A stretch of DNA of 64,000 nt. Origin: Polyangiales bacterium (lineage in GTDB: Bacteria; Myxococcota_A; Polyangia; Polyangiales; Polyangiaceae). Where the stretch lies: positions 256,001 to 320,000 of the forward strand of contig JBBRLQ010000001.1 of assembly GCA_038231275.1 (NCBI GenBank). The letters run 5' to 3'. The notes under the pieces are model-generated. The model did not search any database. It was not told the DNA's origin and saw only the letters and a list, made by a program, of their open reading frames with translations. A program made the position numbers and the translations under genes. This document shows, piece after piece, positions 1 to 8,996 of the stretch (its first letter is position 1; each line of letters opens with the position of its first letter).

Positions 1-669
1 CTCTGCCACGTCGGGCAGCGGCACGAAGCTCGAATCGACCAGCGCCCGCCCGACTCCGACGAGGCCGCGCGCGGCGTCGTAGGCGACGTCCAGATCGCTC
101 GTCACCTTGGCGCTCTCCACGTCGAGGCGTCGCCCCAGGCGCGTGAGGAGCGCCGCGAGCGCCGGAGCCATCGTCTTGGCCTCCGCCTCCGCGAGCAGGC
201 GATCGATCGCGATGTGCGCGATCTGGATCATCGCGTCCATCGTGATGACGAACGGCACGCGCGCGTCGCGGAGCGGACCGTAGACCTCGCCCAAGCGCGC
301 CTTGCCCGCGCCGGTCAGCACTGCAAATCCATTTCGACGTACGCGCTCGCGGACGAGCTCCGGCGTGCGCGCCCACCGGGCCTCCGCCCCGTCGGGGCGC
401 GCGAGCTGCTCGTCGGTCAGCGGGAGATCGGGCGGCGTGAGCACGACGGTCACGTTGGCCTCCACCGGCTGCCAGTACGTGCCGTCGACGGCGACCGCCT
501 TTGGCGCGGGGGGAGGAGCCGCGGCGCTGACTGGCGGCCGCGACTGTGGACGCGCGGGAGATGCCGGCGACGAGCACGCGGCCAGCGCGACGAGCAGCCC
601 GAGCAGCCCGAGCCGAAGAGGCCTCACGCGCGAGCCGGCGGGCGCGAGCTTTGTCGTTCTCGCCGTCAC
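1..669 (-). CDS. DUF3160-like lipoprotein, 5' part (runs off window start)
   Basis: Manual translation of the minus strand from GTG 669 is open to position 1. Lipobox-like LLVALAAC, then RRNGFAVL...Y...VPFVITMDAMIQIAHIAIDRLLAEAE, resembling the DUF3160 N-terminal motif. Not in the ORF track. Confidence 0.6.
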   Translation of the reverse strand, partial: MTARTTKLAPAGSRVRPLRLGLLGLLVALAACSSPASPARPQSRPPVSAAAPPPAPKAVAVDGTYWQPVEANVTVVLTPPDLPLTDEQLARPDGAEARWARTPELVRERVRRNGFAVLTGAGKARLGEVYGPLRDARVPFVITMDAMIQIAHIAIDRLLAEAEAKTMAPALAALLTRLGRRLDVESAKVTSDLDVAYDAARGLVGVGRALVDSSFVPLPDVAE

Positions 670-718
670 GTGGTAGCTGAAGCTACCCTCGGGCCCCATC
701 GATCGCCCACCTTTTCGC

Positions 719-916
719 ATGAAGCGCCCGCCGCCGCCCAAGCTGGTCCAGCTCCCGCGCCTGCCGCCGCTTCGCGTCCTGGTCCTCGCCGCCGCCGCGA
801 TCGTCGCGACCGTGTGGGCCATCGTCCACCATTACACGCGCCCGCACCCGCCGATGCTGGTCCCCGTCCCGGCCGCCTCGGAAATCCCCGCGCCGCCTGT
901 GATCGAAGCCGAGTAG
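719..916 (+). CDS. small single-pass membrane protein, hypothetical
   Basis: 65 aa with one hydrophobic segment (VLVLAAAAIVATVWAIV); fills the gap ahead of queE in the same orientation. Confidence 0.55.
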   Translation: MKRPPPPKLVQLPRLPPLRVLVLAAAAIVATVWAIVHHYTRPHPPMLVPVPAASEIPAPPVIEAE

Positions 917-987
917 CGGGTGGCCCTCTTCCGTCGTTTGCCCCCGACGGTCAAACGCCTTCCGCTCTAGACTACCGAAGAGGCACC

Positions 988-1644
988 GTGGCCAAGGAAG
1001 ACACCCTCGTCATCCACGAGATCTACGCGAGCATTCAGGGCGAATCCACGTTCGCCGGGCTGCCGTGCACCTTCGTGCGGACGACGGGATGCAACCTCCG
1101 CTGTACGTGGTGCGACACGCCGCAAGCCTTCTACGGAGGTACGCGCATGAGGCGCGCCGAGGTCCTCGCGAAGGCGCTTGCGACCGGCACCAAGCTGGTC
1201 GAGCTGACCGGCGGCGAGCCCCTCCTCCAACCTGCCGTGCCCATCTTGATGCGCGAGCTCTGCGACGCCGGTCGCACTGTGCTGGTCGAGACGAGCGGCG
1301 AAGCCGACGTCTCCGCGATCGATCCGCGGGTCCACAAGATCATGGACCTGAAGGCCCCCGGCTCCGGCGAGTCGTCGCGCAATCGCTGGAGCAACCTCGA
1401 GCACATCACGAAGAACGACGAGCTCAAGTTCGTCCTCGCCAGCCGCGAGGACTACGAGTGGATGCGCGACACCGTTCGCACGCGCGATCTCGCGCGCCGC
1501 ACGCCGAACCTCCTCGTGAGCACCGTCTTCGGCCGGCTCGCCGCGCGCGACGTGGTCGCCTGGGTCCTCGCCGACGCGCTGCCCGTGCGCGTCCAGCTCC
1601 AGCTCCACAAGTACATCTGGCCGCCCGACGCCGTGGGCGTATGA
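988..1644 (+). CDS. queE: 7-carboxy-7-deazaguanine synthase (radical SAM)
   Basis: EIYASIQGE, FVRTTGCNLRCTWCDT (CxxxCxxC), LTGGEPLLQ, C-terminal QLQLHKYIW. Start placed at GTG 988 after GAGG; the ORF-track N-extension is spurious. Confidence 0.93.
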   Translation: MAKEDTLVIHEIYASIQGESTFAGLPCTFVRTTGCNLRCTWCDTPQAFYGGTRMRRAEVLAKALATGTKLVELTGGEPLLQPAVPILMRELCDAGRTVLVETSGEADVSAIDPRVHKIMDLKAPGSGESSRNRWSNLEHITKNDELKFVLASREDYEWMRDTVRTRDLARRTPNLLVSTVFGRLAARDVVAWVLADALPVRVQLQLHKYIWPPDAVGV

Positions 1645-1647
1645 GCG

Positions 1648-2457
1648 TCAGTCCGGCAGCCCGGGGCGAAACGGCGAGCCCGGTATTTTGCCCTTGGCCT
1701 GAACATAGCCGAGCGGCGCATTGAGAGGGATGCGCGGCGGGCCCGCGGCGATTGCTTTCGCTTCGAGCCGGAAGGTCTCCCGTCCCTGCTCGTCGACCTC
1801 GAGTCCGCGGACGAGGAATCGCTTGCTCAGCGAAAGCGCGTGCACCCAACGCGGTGGCGTCACGCCCATCGCCGCCATCGACGGCTCCACGAACGCGATT
1901 CCCTCGTGGATGCACGCCGTGCTGCTCGCCTTGCCTCGCTTCAGCTCGTAGACGTCGCACTCGAGCCCGAGCACCGTCTCTTTTTTTCCCGTGCTGGGTA
2001 GCGGAAAGGTCGCCGCGTCCGCCGGGTCGGGCGGGAGCTCGAAGCGGCGGTACTCCTTCTCGCCCTCTTTCGGAAAGAGGACGAGCCGGCGCAGGGCGAC
2101 GTCGACCACCGTGACGGCTTCGATCCCCTTGTAGGCGATGGGCGCGTCGTACCGAACGCGGTCGCCCTTGATCGTGAAGAAGATGCGGACGTCCTCCCTT
2201 TGGGAGGGGCCGCGCAGGCCCATACGGATCGAACCCTCCCAGCCCGGACCGGGGTCCTCAGGGAGTGGAAGCTCGGGAGGCGCGGGGAACAGCGACGCGG
2301 TGCTGGAGCTCGCGCTGGCCGACGGGGTGGCCGCGAGACCGGCATCGGCGTTCGCGACCGTCTTGTCACGACACCCCGAGCACCCGAGCGGAGAGAGAAG
2401 AAGCGTCACGAGCGCCGGGGCCGCGAAGGCCCCCACCGAAAAGGCTTTTGGGCTCAC
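1648..2457 (-). CDS. lipoprotein, DUF4412-like
   Basis: Signal peptide with LGC lipobox; TGKKETVLGLECDVYEL motif; start overlaps the fbp stop (GTGA). Confidence 0.6.
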   Translation of the reverse strand: MSPKAFSVGAFAAPALVTLLLSPLGCSGCRDKTVANADAGLAATPSASASSSTASLFPAPPELPLPEDPGPGWEGSIRMGLRGPSQREDVRIFFTIKGDRVRYDAPIAYKGIEAVTVVDVALRRLVLFPKEGEKEYRRFELPPDPADAATFPLPSTGKKETVLGLECDVYELKRGKASSTACIHEGIAFVEPSMAAMGVTPPRWVHALSLSKRFLVRGLEVDEQGRETFRLEAKAIAAGPPRIPLNAPLGYVQAKGKIPGSPFRPGLPD

Positions 2458-3482
2458 CGCTCCCCCATCATGAACTGGCGGTAGGTCATCACGTCCTCGC
2501 TCGAACCGAGCACGAGCGGCGTGCGCTGGTGGAGCGCCGACGGCTTGAGGTCGAGGATGCGCTCCGTCCCGTCGGTCGCCGCGCCGCCCGCCTGCTCGAA
2601 GAGGAACGCCATCGGGTTCGCCTCATAGAGGAGGCGCAGTTTTCCTTGAGGGCTTTTCGTGTCGGCCGGATAGACGAAGATGCCACCCTTCAGCAGCGTC
2701 CGGTGCGCGTCGGCCACGAGCGAGCCGACGTAGCGATGGCCGTATGGCCGCCCGTTCTGCTTGTCCTCTTCCTTGATCCAGTGGTTCCACTTCTGGGCTT
2801 GAGGCGTCCATCGCGCGTAGTTGCCTTCGTTCACCGAGTAGCAGCCGCCGCGTAGCGGGCAGCGGATGTTCGGCGTCGACAGGAAGAACTCGCCGACGTT
2901 CGGATCGAGCGTGAACGCGTGCACGCCGTGTCCCGTCGAGAGCACGAACACCGTGCTGGGTCCGTAGAGGGTGTAGCCGGCGGCGACGATCTCGTGGCCG
3001 GGACGGAGCGCGTCGTCGACGATGACCGTGTCCTTCGAGGTACGCCGCAGCATCGCGAAGATGGTGCCGATGCCGACGTTCGTGTCGATGTTGCTGGAGC
3101 CGTCGAGCGGGTCGAAGAGGACGACGTATTTGCCGCGCGACTCGGGGATGCGCGCCTCTTCGAGCTCTTCGCTCGCGAGGATGCCGCAGTGGCCGCTGCG
3201 CTCGAGGACGTTGATGAGCACGTCGTTCGCGAAGGCGTCGAGCTTCTGGACCTCCTCGCCCTGGACGTTGACCTCGCCGGTGTAGCCCAGCATGCCGGCG
3301 AGGCCGGCCGAGCGGACGCGCGAGTTGATGATGCGCACCGCGAGCGAGATGTGGTTGAGGAGCGAGGTAAACTCGCCGGTCGCGCCGGGCGCGGCGTGCA
3401 TGCCGTGGAGGACGTGCTCGCGGAGGGTGGTGCCGACGACGGCGGGGGGGAGGGAGCGGAGGGACGGGATGCTCTCGGCCAT
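2454..3482 (-). CDS. fbp: class 1 fructose-1,6-bisphosphatase
   Basis: NVQGEEVQKLD, LASEE, FDPLDGSSNID, RYVGSLVADAHRTLLKGG, GKLRLLYEANP. Start ATG 3482. Confidence 0.96.
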   Translation of the reverse strand: MAESIPSLRSLPPAVVGTTLREHVLHGMHAAPGATGEFTSLLNHISLAVRIINSRVRSAGLAGMLGYTGEVNVQGEEVQKLDAFANDVLINVLERSGHCGILASEELEEARIPESRGKYVVLFDPLDGSSNIDTNVGIGTIFAMLRRTSKDTVIVDDALRPGHEIVAAGYTLYGPSTVFVLSTGHGVHAFTLDPNVGEFFLSTPNIRCPLRGGCYSVNEGNYARWTPQAQKWNHWIKEEDKQNGRPYGHRYVGSLVADAHRTLLKGGIFVYPADTKSPQGKLRLLYEANPMAFLFEQAGGAATDGTERILDLKPSALHQRTPLVLGSSEDVMTYRQFMMGER

Positions 3483-3530
3483 GGCCCCGCGGTTGTGCCG
3501 CGGAGGACGGTGACGGACAAGGAGCAATGC

Positions 3531-3550
3531 GTCACGCAACCTTGCGTTAC
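3531..3550. promoter_or_regulatory. 20-bp palindromic operator, copy 1 (GTCACGCA-ACCT-TGCGTTAC)
   Basis: Inverted repeat in the fbp/fbaB divergent intergenic region; the same consensus recurs at 45740 and 62289. Confidence 0.65.
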
Positions 3551-3557
3551 GCATAGA

Positions 3558-3592
3558 ACGAACGTTCGTATAAATATCAACGAACGTTCGTT
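3558..3592. promoter_or_regulatory. twin perfect palindromes ACGAACGTTCGT (operator pair)
   Basis: Exact 12-bp palindrome at 3558-3569 and at 3580-3591, 22 bp apart, in an AT-rich divergent promoter region. Confidence 0.65.
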
Positions 3593-3708
3593 TTACTACT
3601 TTTGGGCGGCGAGTGGCTGCGGGTCGAGGCAACGGCAGCCACCCTTGCCTCGCCCGTCAAAGCCGCTACCCTCGGCCTCCCTCGCAGCCATTCCGAAGGA
3701 GCTCCGCG

Positions 3709-4632
3709 ATGCCGCTGACCGATCGCACGAAGCAGATCCTCTCCTGGTACGGGTCCGACAACCCCGGCACCAAGGCGAACCTCGCCCGCCTCATGAACCA
3801 CGGCACCCTCGCCGGGACCGGGAAGTTCGTCATCCTCCCCGTCGACCAGGGCTTCGAGCACGGCCCCGCGCGCTCCTTCGCGCCGAACCCCGACGCCTAC
3901 GATCCCGAGTACCACCCGCAGCTCGCGCTCGACTCCGGGTGCAACGCCTACGCGGCACCGCTCGGCTTCCTCGAGGCGGTCGCCGACAAGTACGCGCCGC
4001 AGCTGCCGCTCATCCTCAAGCTGAACAACTCCGACACGCTCGCGAAGATCGACCAGCCGTGCAGCGCGGTCACCGGCAGCGTGAAGGACGCCGTGCGCCT
4101 CGGCTGCGCCGCGATCGGCTACACCATCTACCCGGGCTCCGGGCAGCGCAACCGCATGTACGAAGACCTCCGCGAGCTCATCGCCGAGGGGAAGTCGCAC
4201 GGCATCCCGACGGTCCTCTGGGCGTACCCGCGGGGCGCCGGCCTGTCGAAGGACGGCGAGACGGCCGTCGACGTGTGCGCGTACGCCGCGCAGATCAGCG
4301 CGCAGCTCGGCGCGCACGTCATCAAGATCAAACCGCCGAAGGACTTCATCGAGCAGGCCGAGGCGAAGAAGGTCTTCGAGAAGTACGCCATCCCGACCAA
4401 GACCATGGCCGAGCGCGTCCGCCATTGCGTGCAGAGTGCATTCAACGGAAAACGCATCGTCATCTTCTCGGGCGGCGAGGCGAAGGACACGCCGGCCGTG
4501 CTCGAGGAGGTCAAGGGGCTGGCCGCCGGCGGGGCCTTCGGTTCGATCATGGGGCGCAACGCCTTCCAGCGGCCGCGCGCCGAGGCGCTGAAGCTGCTCG
4601 CGGACGTGCAGGCGATCTTCAAGAGCGCCTGA
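3709..4632 (+). CDS. fbaB: class I fructose-bisphosphate aldolase (DhnA/FbaB type)
   Basis: ILPVDQGFEHGP, AIGYTIYPGS, WAYPRG, AHVIKIKPP (Schiff-base Lys), FSGG, IMGRNAFQR. RBS AAGGAG before ATG 3709. Confidence 0.95.
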   Translation: MPLTDRTKQILSWYGSDNPGTKANLARLMNHGTLAGTGKFVILPVDQGFEHGPARSFAPNPDAYDPEYHPQLALDSGCNAYAAPLGFLEAVADKYAPQLPLILKLNNSDTLAKIDQPCSAVTGSVKDAVRLGCAAIGYTIYPGSGQRNRMYEDLRELIAEGKSHGIPTVLWAYPRGAGLSKDGETAVDVCAYAAQISAQLGAHVIKIKPPKDFIEQAEAKKVFEKYAIPTKTMAERVRHCVQSAFNGKRIVIFSGGEAKDTPAVLEEVKGLAAGGAFGSIMGRNAFQRPRAEALKLLADVQAIFKSA

Positions 4633-4682
4633 GCCGACGCTCGAAGGCCTCGCGGGCTCGGCGGAGTGCTACCCTTCGGGGA

Positions 4683-5669
4683 GTGCGCGCCGGGCTCGTT
4701 CTTTTGTCGTTGACCCTCTCGGCGTGCGGCGCGGCGGCGCCGACGACGGGCGTGCCCCACACCCAGCTCGCCGCGTCGCCGACCGAGACGAACGCAGGGC
4801 CCCGCAAGCCGCTCACGCGCCGTGCGAAGCTCCACTACGAGCTGAACGGCCGGAGCTTCCCGCTCCCGGTGGTGCACGGCACCGTGCTGGGGCACCCGAC
4901 GTGGATGCTCATCGACACCGGCGCCAACTCGCACGTCATCGCCGGCTGGTTCGCGAAGAAGATCGGCCTGCCGATGTTCCGCCTCGGCGACGTCGGCACC
5001 GATCACGCGGGCCGATCGATCGCGACGTTCCGCGTGGAGCACCCCAAGCTAGCGCTCGACGACTGGGGTGAGCTCGACGACGGTCCGATGCTCGTCACCG
5101 AGGTGCCTGCGATCATCGAGAAGCTCGGCATCGGCGCGTTCGTGTCGCCGCAGAAGCTGAACGAAGAGGGCGACGCGGTGGTCCTCGATCTGGTGGCCCA
5201 CGAGGTGCGCGCCGCCTATTTCGACGAAGCCTCCAAGGGCGACGGAACACCGCTCCTCGACGCCGGCGCGCGCGTCTGCGAGGACACGCAGAGCCCGATC
5301 AAGGGTCTCGCCTACGTGGCCCCCGCGAACGTGGGCGGCAGCCCGGCGTGGCTGCTGGTCGACACCGGCGCGCAGCGCTCGGACGTGCTCGCCGGATCGA
5401 TCCCCGGCAAGACGCTCGCGCCGAAGAGCATCCCCAACAAGGAGCAGATGTACGGCGCGTCCGGCAAGCTCACGTCACGCACGATCCCGCGCGCGACAGT
5501 CGTGGTGGGCGACGTGGAGCGTCAGCTGGACGTCGATCTCATCGGCGGGGAGAGCGATCCGTACTGCCCGCGCGACGGCGTCCTCTCGATGGACGTACTG
5601 CGTGGATGCGTGCTCGTCCTCGGCCGCAAACAGATCGCCGCGCGCTGCCCGAAGCCGCCCGAGCGCTGA
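4683..5669 (+). CDS. retropepsin-like aspartyl protease lipoprotein (two domains)
   Basis: Lipobox LTLSAC; two DTG motifs (LIDTGANSH, LVDTGAQRS); C-terminal DGVLSMDVL. Confidence 0.8.
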   Translation: MRAGLVLLSLTLSACGAAAPTTGVPHTQLAASPTETNAGPRKPLTRRAKLHYELNGRSFPLPVVHGTVLGHPTWMLIDTGANSHVIAGWFAKKIGLPMFRLGDVGTDHAGRSIATFRVEHPKLALDDWGELDDGPMLVTEVPAIIEKLGIGAFVSPQKLNEEGDAVVLDLVAHEVRAAYFDEASKGDGTPLLDAGARVCEDTQSPIKGLAYVAPANVGGSPAWLLVDTGAQRSDVLAGSIPGKTLAPKSIPNKEQMYGASGKLTSRTIPRATVVVGDVERQLDVDLIGGESDPYCPRDGVLSMDVLRGCVLVLGRKQIAARCPKPPER

Positions 5670-5702
5670 GCGTCAGGCGCAACGCGCAACCCGCAGGACA
5701 GG

Positions 5703-6548
5703 CTACGGAACGGGACCGAGCGGGAACGACGCGTCGACCTCGACGACGTGCACCAGCGTCTTGTCGGTCGAGCCCTGATCGGCGCCGAAGAGGTACCGGT
5801 CGATGCGGCCGCTCGTGTCGAGCACCGCGTTGGAGACGCCGTTCTCGACGGTGCACGAAGGGCCGTAGTCGAGCGCGAGCGCGATGACCGACTTTCCGGA
5901 TTTGGGATCGGTGACGCGGAGGCGCGCGAGGCAGCCGAAGCGCGCGGCGTCGGCGGTGTACCAGGTGATCTTCTCTTCGCAGTCCTTGCCGGTGCCGTTG
6001 GCGTCGCAGAGTCCAGCGGCCTTCGCCTGCGCGAAGCAACTCGGGATGCAGTTGTCGGCCGGATCGGTGTGGGGCGTCCCGTTGGCATCGAGCCAGCAAC
6101 CGAACGCGGTGATGTAGTAGTCGCCGTTCGCGGCCTTCGTCCTTCCGTAGGAGCCGGTGCAGTCGAGTGTGGCCGTCGTGCCCATGCAGACCGCGTCTTG
6201 GCCTGGCGGCGCGCGGAGACAGCCGCGCGGACAGAGCTCGATCGACGCCGACGCGTCACCGACGCACTTTCCGCGCGCGGTGCCGTCCTTCGAGCACGTG
6301 TAAAGCGTGTCACCCGCGTACTCGCCGCAGCCGCCGGACGCTGCGCCGTCGGGCGTCGCACCGTCCGAGCGATCGGGCGCGTCGGAAGACTGGGACGCGT
6401 CGAGGTCGGGTGGAGTGGTCGCTGCGTCGCTCGAGGATCCGGCGTCCCCTTGGCCCGCGGAAGGATCCGGCCCTAGTGTTTGCGTTTGCTGACTCGAGCA
6501 CGCGCCCACGAGCGCGACGAGACCCCCGACCGTGCTCCAACGGATCAT
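5703..6548 (-). CDS. Cys-rich lipoprotein with probable RlpA/expansin-like double-psi beta-barrel C-terminal domain
   Basis: Lipobox LVGAC, DAG linker; C-terminal LRVTDPKSGKSVIALALDYGP...VLDTS resembles the DPBB pattern GKSVxVxVxDxGP...xDLS. Confidence 0.6.
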   Translation of the reverse strand: MIRWSTVGGLVALVGACSSQQTQTLGPDPSAGQGDAGSSSDAATTPPDLDASQSSDAPDRSDGATPDGAASGGCGEYAGDTLYTCSKDGTARGKCVGDASASIELCPRGCLRAPPGQDAVCMGTTATLDCTGSYGRTKAANGDYYITAFGCWLDANGTPHTDPADNCIPSCFAQAKAAGLCDANGTGKDCEEKITWYTADAARFGCLARLRVTDPKSGKSVIALALDYGPSCTVENGVSNAVLDTSGRIDRYLFGADQGSTDKTLVHVVEVDASFPLGPVP

Positions 6549-8241
6549 CGAACGCAGACTAACACCGCGCGCCGCCGCCGCCACCGCCGCGGCGCTGCTC
6601 CTGCCGTCCCTGGCCGGAGGAGTCGCGCTCGATGACCACGTCCATCGGCTGCACGCGCGCGGCTACGCGTTCATGGGGCCGCCGCGCCCGTTCGATATGT
6701 TCCGCTTCATGGACGGCGATCCCGCGCACGTCGCGGCGCTGCGCGAGCAGGGGCTCGTCCCCTGGTTTACGCCGGACCACCTGCGCATCGCGTTCTTTCG
6801 GCCTCTCTCGGCGCTCACGCATTACCTGGACTACGGCGTCCTGCGGCTGCCGGCGTGGGCGATGCATGCCGAGAGCGTCGCGTGGTACGCGCTCCTCGTC
6901 TTGTGCGCCGCGCGCCTGTACACGCGGCTGCTCTCGGCGCCGGGCGTCGCGGGGCTCGCGTCTCTCTTCTATGCGCTCGATCCCGGCCACGCGCTCCCCG
7001 CCGGGTGGCTCGCGAACCGCAACGCCGTGATCGCCGGCCTCTTCGCGGTCCTGACCGTGGACGCGCACGATCGATGGCGGCGCGACGGCGCTCGCGCGGC
7101 GGCCGCGGTCTCGGCGGGATGCTTCGCCCTCGCGCTCGCGGGGGGAGAGATGGGGCTCGGCGCGCTCGCGTACCTCGTCGCGTACGCCGTCACCATGGAG
7201 GAAGGAGCTTGGCGGAGGCGCGCCGCGTCGCTCGTGCCGTGCACGCTCGTCGCGATCGTGTGGCAGGTGGTCTACCGCGCCGGCAACTACGGCGTCTCGG
7301 GATCGGCCTTCTACCGAGACCCCGCGACCGCGCCGCTCGCGTTCGCGAAAGTGTTCCCCGTCCACGCCGCAGAGCTCGGCGCGGGCGAGCTTCTGATGGT
7401 GCCGACCGAGCTCGCCGCGCGCGCGACGATCACGGGCGTCGTCGCGGTGCTCGGCGCGATCGCGCTGGCTTTGTTCGCGTGGGCGACGCTCCCGATCCTC
7501 CGACGTGATCGTGGCGTCCGCTTTCTCGCGCTTGGCGCGGCGCTCGCCCTCGTGCCGGTCTGTGGTGTGACGCCGGCGATTCGCGTCCTGGTGCTCGTGG
7601 GCGTCGGCGCGATGGGCGTGCTCGCGGCGCTCGTGGGCGACGTCTGTGCGCGCGTCGAGAGGCGGCCCCTCGCGAGGACGTTCGCGCGACTCGTCGGGGG
7701 GATTCACGTCGCGCTGGCGCCGATCCTCCTCGTCGCCGCGTCCTTGTCGACGATCGCAATCACGCGCTTCCTCGACGCGAGCGGCCCGGGCCTTCCGCGC
7801 GCGAGCGAGATGGCCGACCAGACCGTGCTCCTGGTCCGCACGCCGTCGTCGCTCGGCGCCGCCTACCGCTTCGGCGTCCCTCGCGACGAGCCGCCGACGA
7901 TGCCGCGCGCGCTCCGCTACATGGCCGTCGGCATCGGCGACTGCGTGGTCACGAGGCTCGACGCGCGCACGCTCGACGTGCACGTCGACGACGGCCTCCT
8001 GAACGATCCGCTCGTCAGCCTCTACCGCGACACGCCCGTGCGAAAGGGCGAGCGCGTCGCGCTGTCCGACATGGACATCGACGTGACCGAGGAGCGGGAC
8101 GGCAACGCCACCACCGCGCGCTTTCGGCTCGCCGGTGCGACGCTCGAGGATCCGGCGCGGGTGTGGATCGCTTGGGACCGAGGCCGCTTCGTCCGCCTGA
8201 CGCTGCCCGACGTCGGTAACAGCATGACGCTGCGAAATTGA
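6532..8241 (+). CDS. polytopic membrane protein, GT-C glycosyltransferase-like
   Basis: Many hydrophobic helices; DD after TM1 (ALDDH), FFRPLS, GWLANRN. Start position uncertain. Confidence 0.6.
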   Translation: MLQRIIERRLTPRAAAATAAALLLPSLAGGVALDDHVHRLHARGYAFMGPPRPFDMFRFMDGDPAHVAALREQGLVPWFTPDHLRIAFFRPLSALTHYLDYGVLRLPAWAMHAESVAWYALLVLCAARLYTRLLSAPGVAGLASLFYALDPGHALPAGWLANRNAVIAGLFAVLTVDAHDRWRRDGARAAAAVSAGCFALALAGGEMGLGALAYLVAYAVTMEEGAWRRRAASLVPCTLVAIVWQVVYRAGNYGVSGSAFYRDPATAPLAFAKVFPVHAAELGAGELLMVPTELAARATITGVVAVLGAIALALFAWATLPILRRDRGVRFLALGAALALVPVCGVTPAIRVLVLVGVGAMGVLAALVGDVCARVERRPLARTFARLVGGIHVALAPILLVAASLSTIAITRFLDASGPGLPRASEMADQTVLLVRTPSSLGAAYRFGVPRDEPPTMPRALRYMAVGIGDCVVTRLDARTLDVHVDDGLLNDPLVSLYRDTPVRKGERVALSDMDIDVTEERDGNATTARFRLAGATLEDPARVWIAWDRGRFVRLTLPDVGNSMTLRN

Positions 8242-8367
8242 GCCATATTTCGCGGCGATGAGCGGCACCGAAAAAATCCGCGGCGCGGTGTAAGGGACGG
8301 CGCGGAGGCCCGTTCTTCAGGGGAGGTGACTTTTGCGTTGGCGTCGAAGAACGCGTAGGACTTGGCC

Positions 8368-8973
8368 GTGACCTCTCGCACTCCTTGGAGAACCCTCGGC
8401 GCGATCGCGGCGGGCGCGCTCGTCTTCGTTGGCGCATGCGCGCATCGGGACGCCGCGGCGCCGCCGAGCTCGTCGCCCGACAAGAACGCCGTGTCGGCGG
8501 ATCGCGCGGCAGACCACGGGCCGCCGCCACCGCCTGCCTCCCCGCCCGCGACCGCGGCGAGCGAGTACGAGCGTCCGCGGGACGCGCAGGAGGCGCAGAA
8601 GTCTTCGTCGACCCCCACGGGCGGGACCTCCCAGCCCGCTCCGTCCCCCCCAGCGCCCGCCGCCGAGCCACCGGCCGACGCGCCGCGAAAACGCGAGGCC
8701 GCCGTCCGGGCAGCGCGCGGAGAGTTGGAGCGTGCGCAACGCGAGCTGGACCTGGCGATGAGCGACTGCATGAGCGCCTGCCGCGCGCTCGGCTCGATGG
8801 AGCGCGCGACCGGCCACCTCTGCGATCTGGCGAGCGAGCAAGACGATCGCCACCGCTGCGAGGACGCCAAGACCGCGGTGCAGCGCGCGCGCGACAAGAT
8901 CCGCGGACGCTGCGGCACCTGCCCCGGCGGCCCGAGCCTAGAGAAGAGCGCTCCGATCCCGTCGCGCCCCTAG
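8368..8973 (+). CDS. hypothetical lipoprotein with Cys-containing helical C-terminus
   Basis: Lipobox FVGAC, Pro-rich linker, CxxAC...LC...RC...CGTC. Confidence 0.7.
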   Translation: MTSRTPWRTLGAIAAGALVFVGACAHRDAAAPPSSSPDKNAVSADRAADHGPPPPPASPPATAASEYERPRDAQEAQKSSSTPTGGTSQPAPSPPAPAAEPPADAPRKREAAVRAARGELERAQRELDLAMSDCMSACRALGSMERATGHLCDLASEQDDRHRCEDAKTAVQRARDKIRGRCGTCPGGPSLEKSAPIPSRP

Positions 8974-8996
8974 AAGCTCGGAGCCTCGCCTCGCGC

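Noticed and set aside
988-1644. queE as part of a 7-deazaguanine DNA-modification (dpd) system
   Set aside because: No dpdA/tgt, queC, queD or folE neighbour is visible; ordinary queuosine biosynthesis is the simpler reading.
2919-5669. 916-aa ORF, and similar long ORFs such as 8385-10952, 24509-26893, 34421-37288, 43332-45743 and 62290-63957
   Set aside because: Shadow frames typical of high-GC DNA: Arg/Ala/Pro-rich and overlapping well-supported genes. Only 4683-5669 of the first ORF is a real gene.
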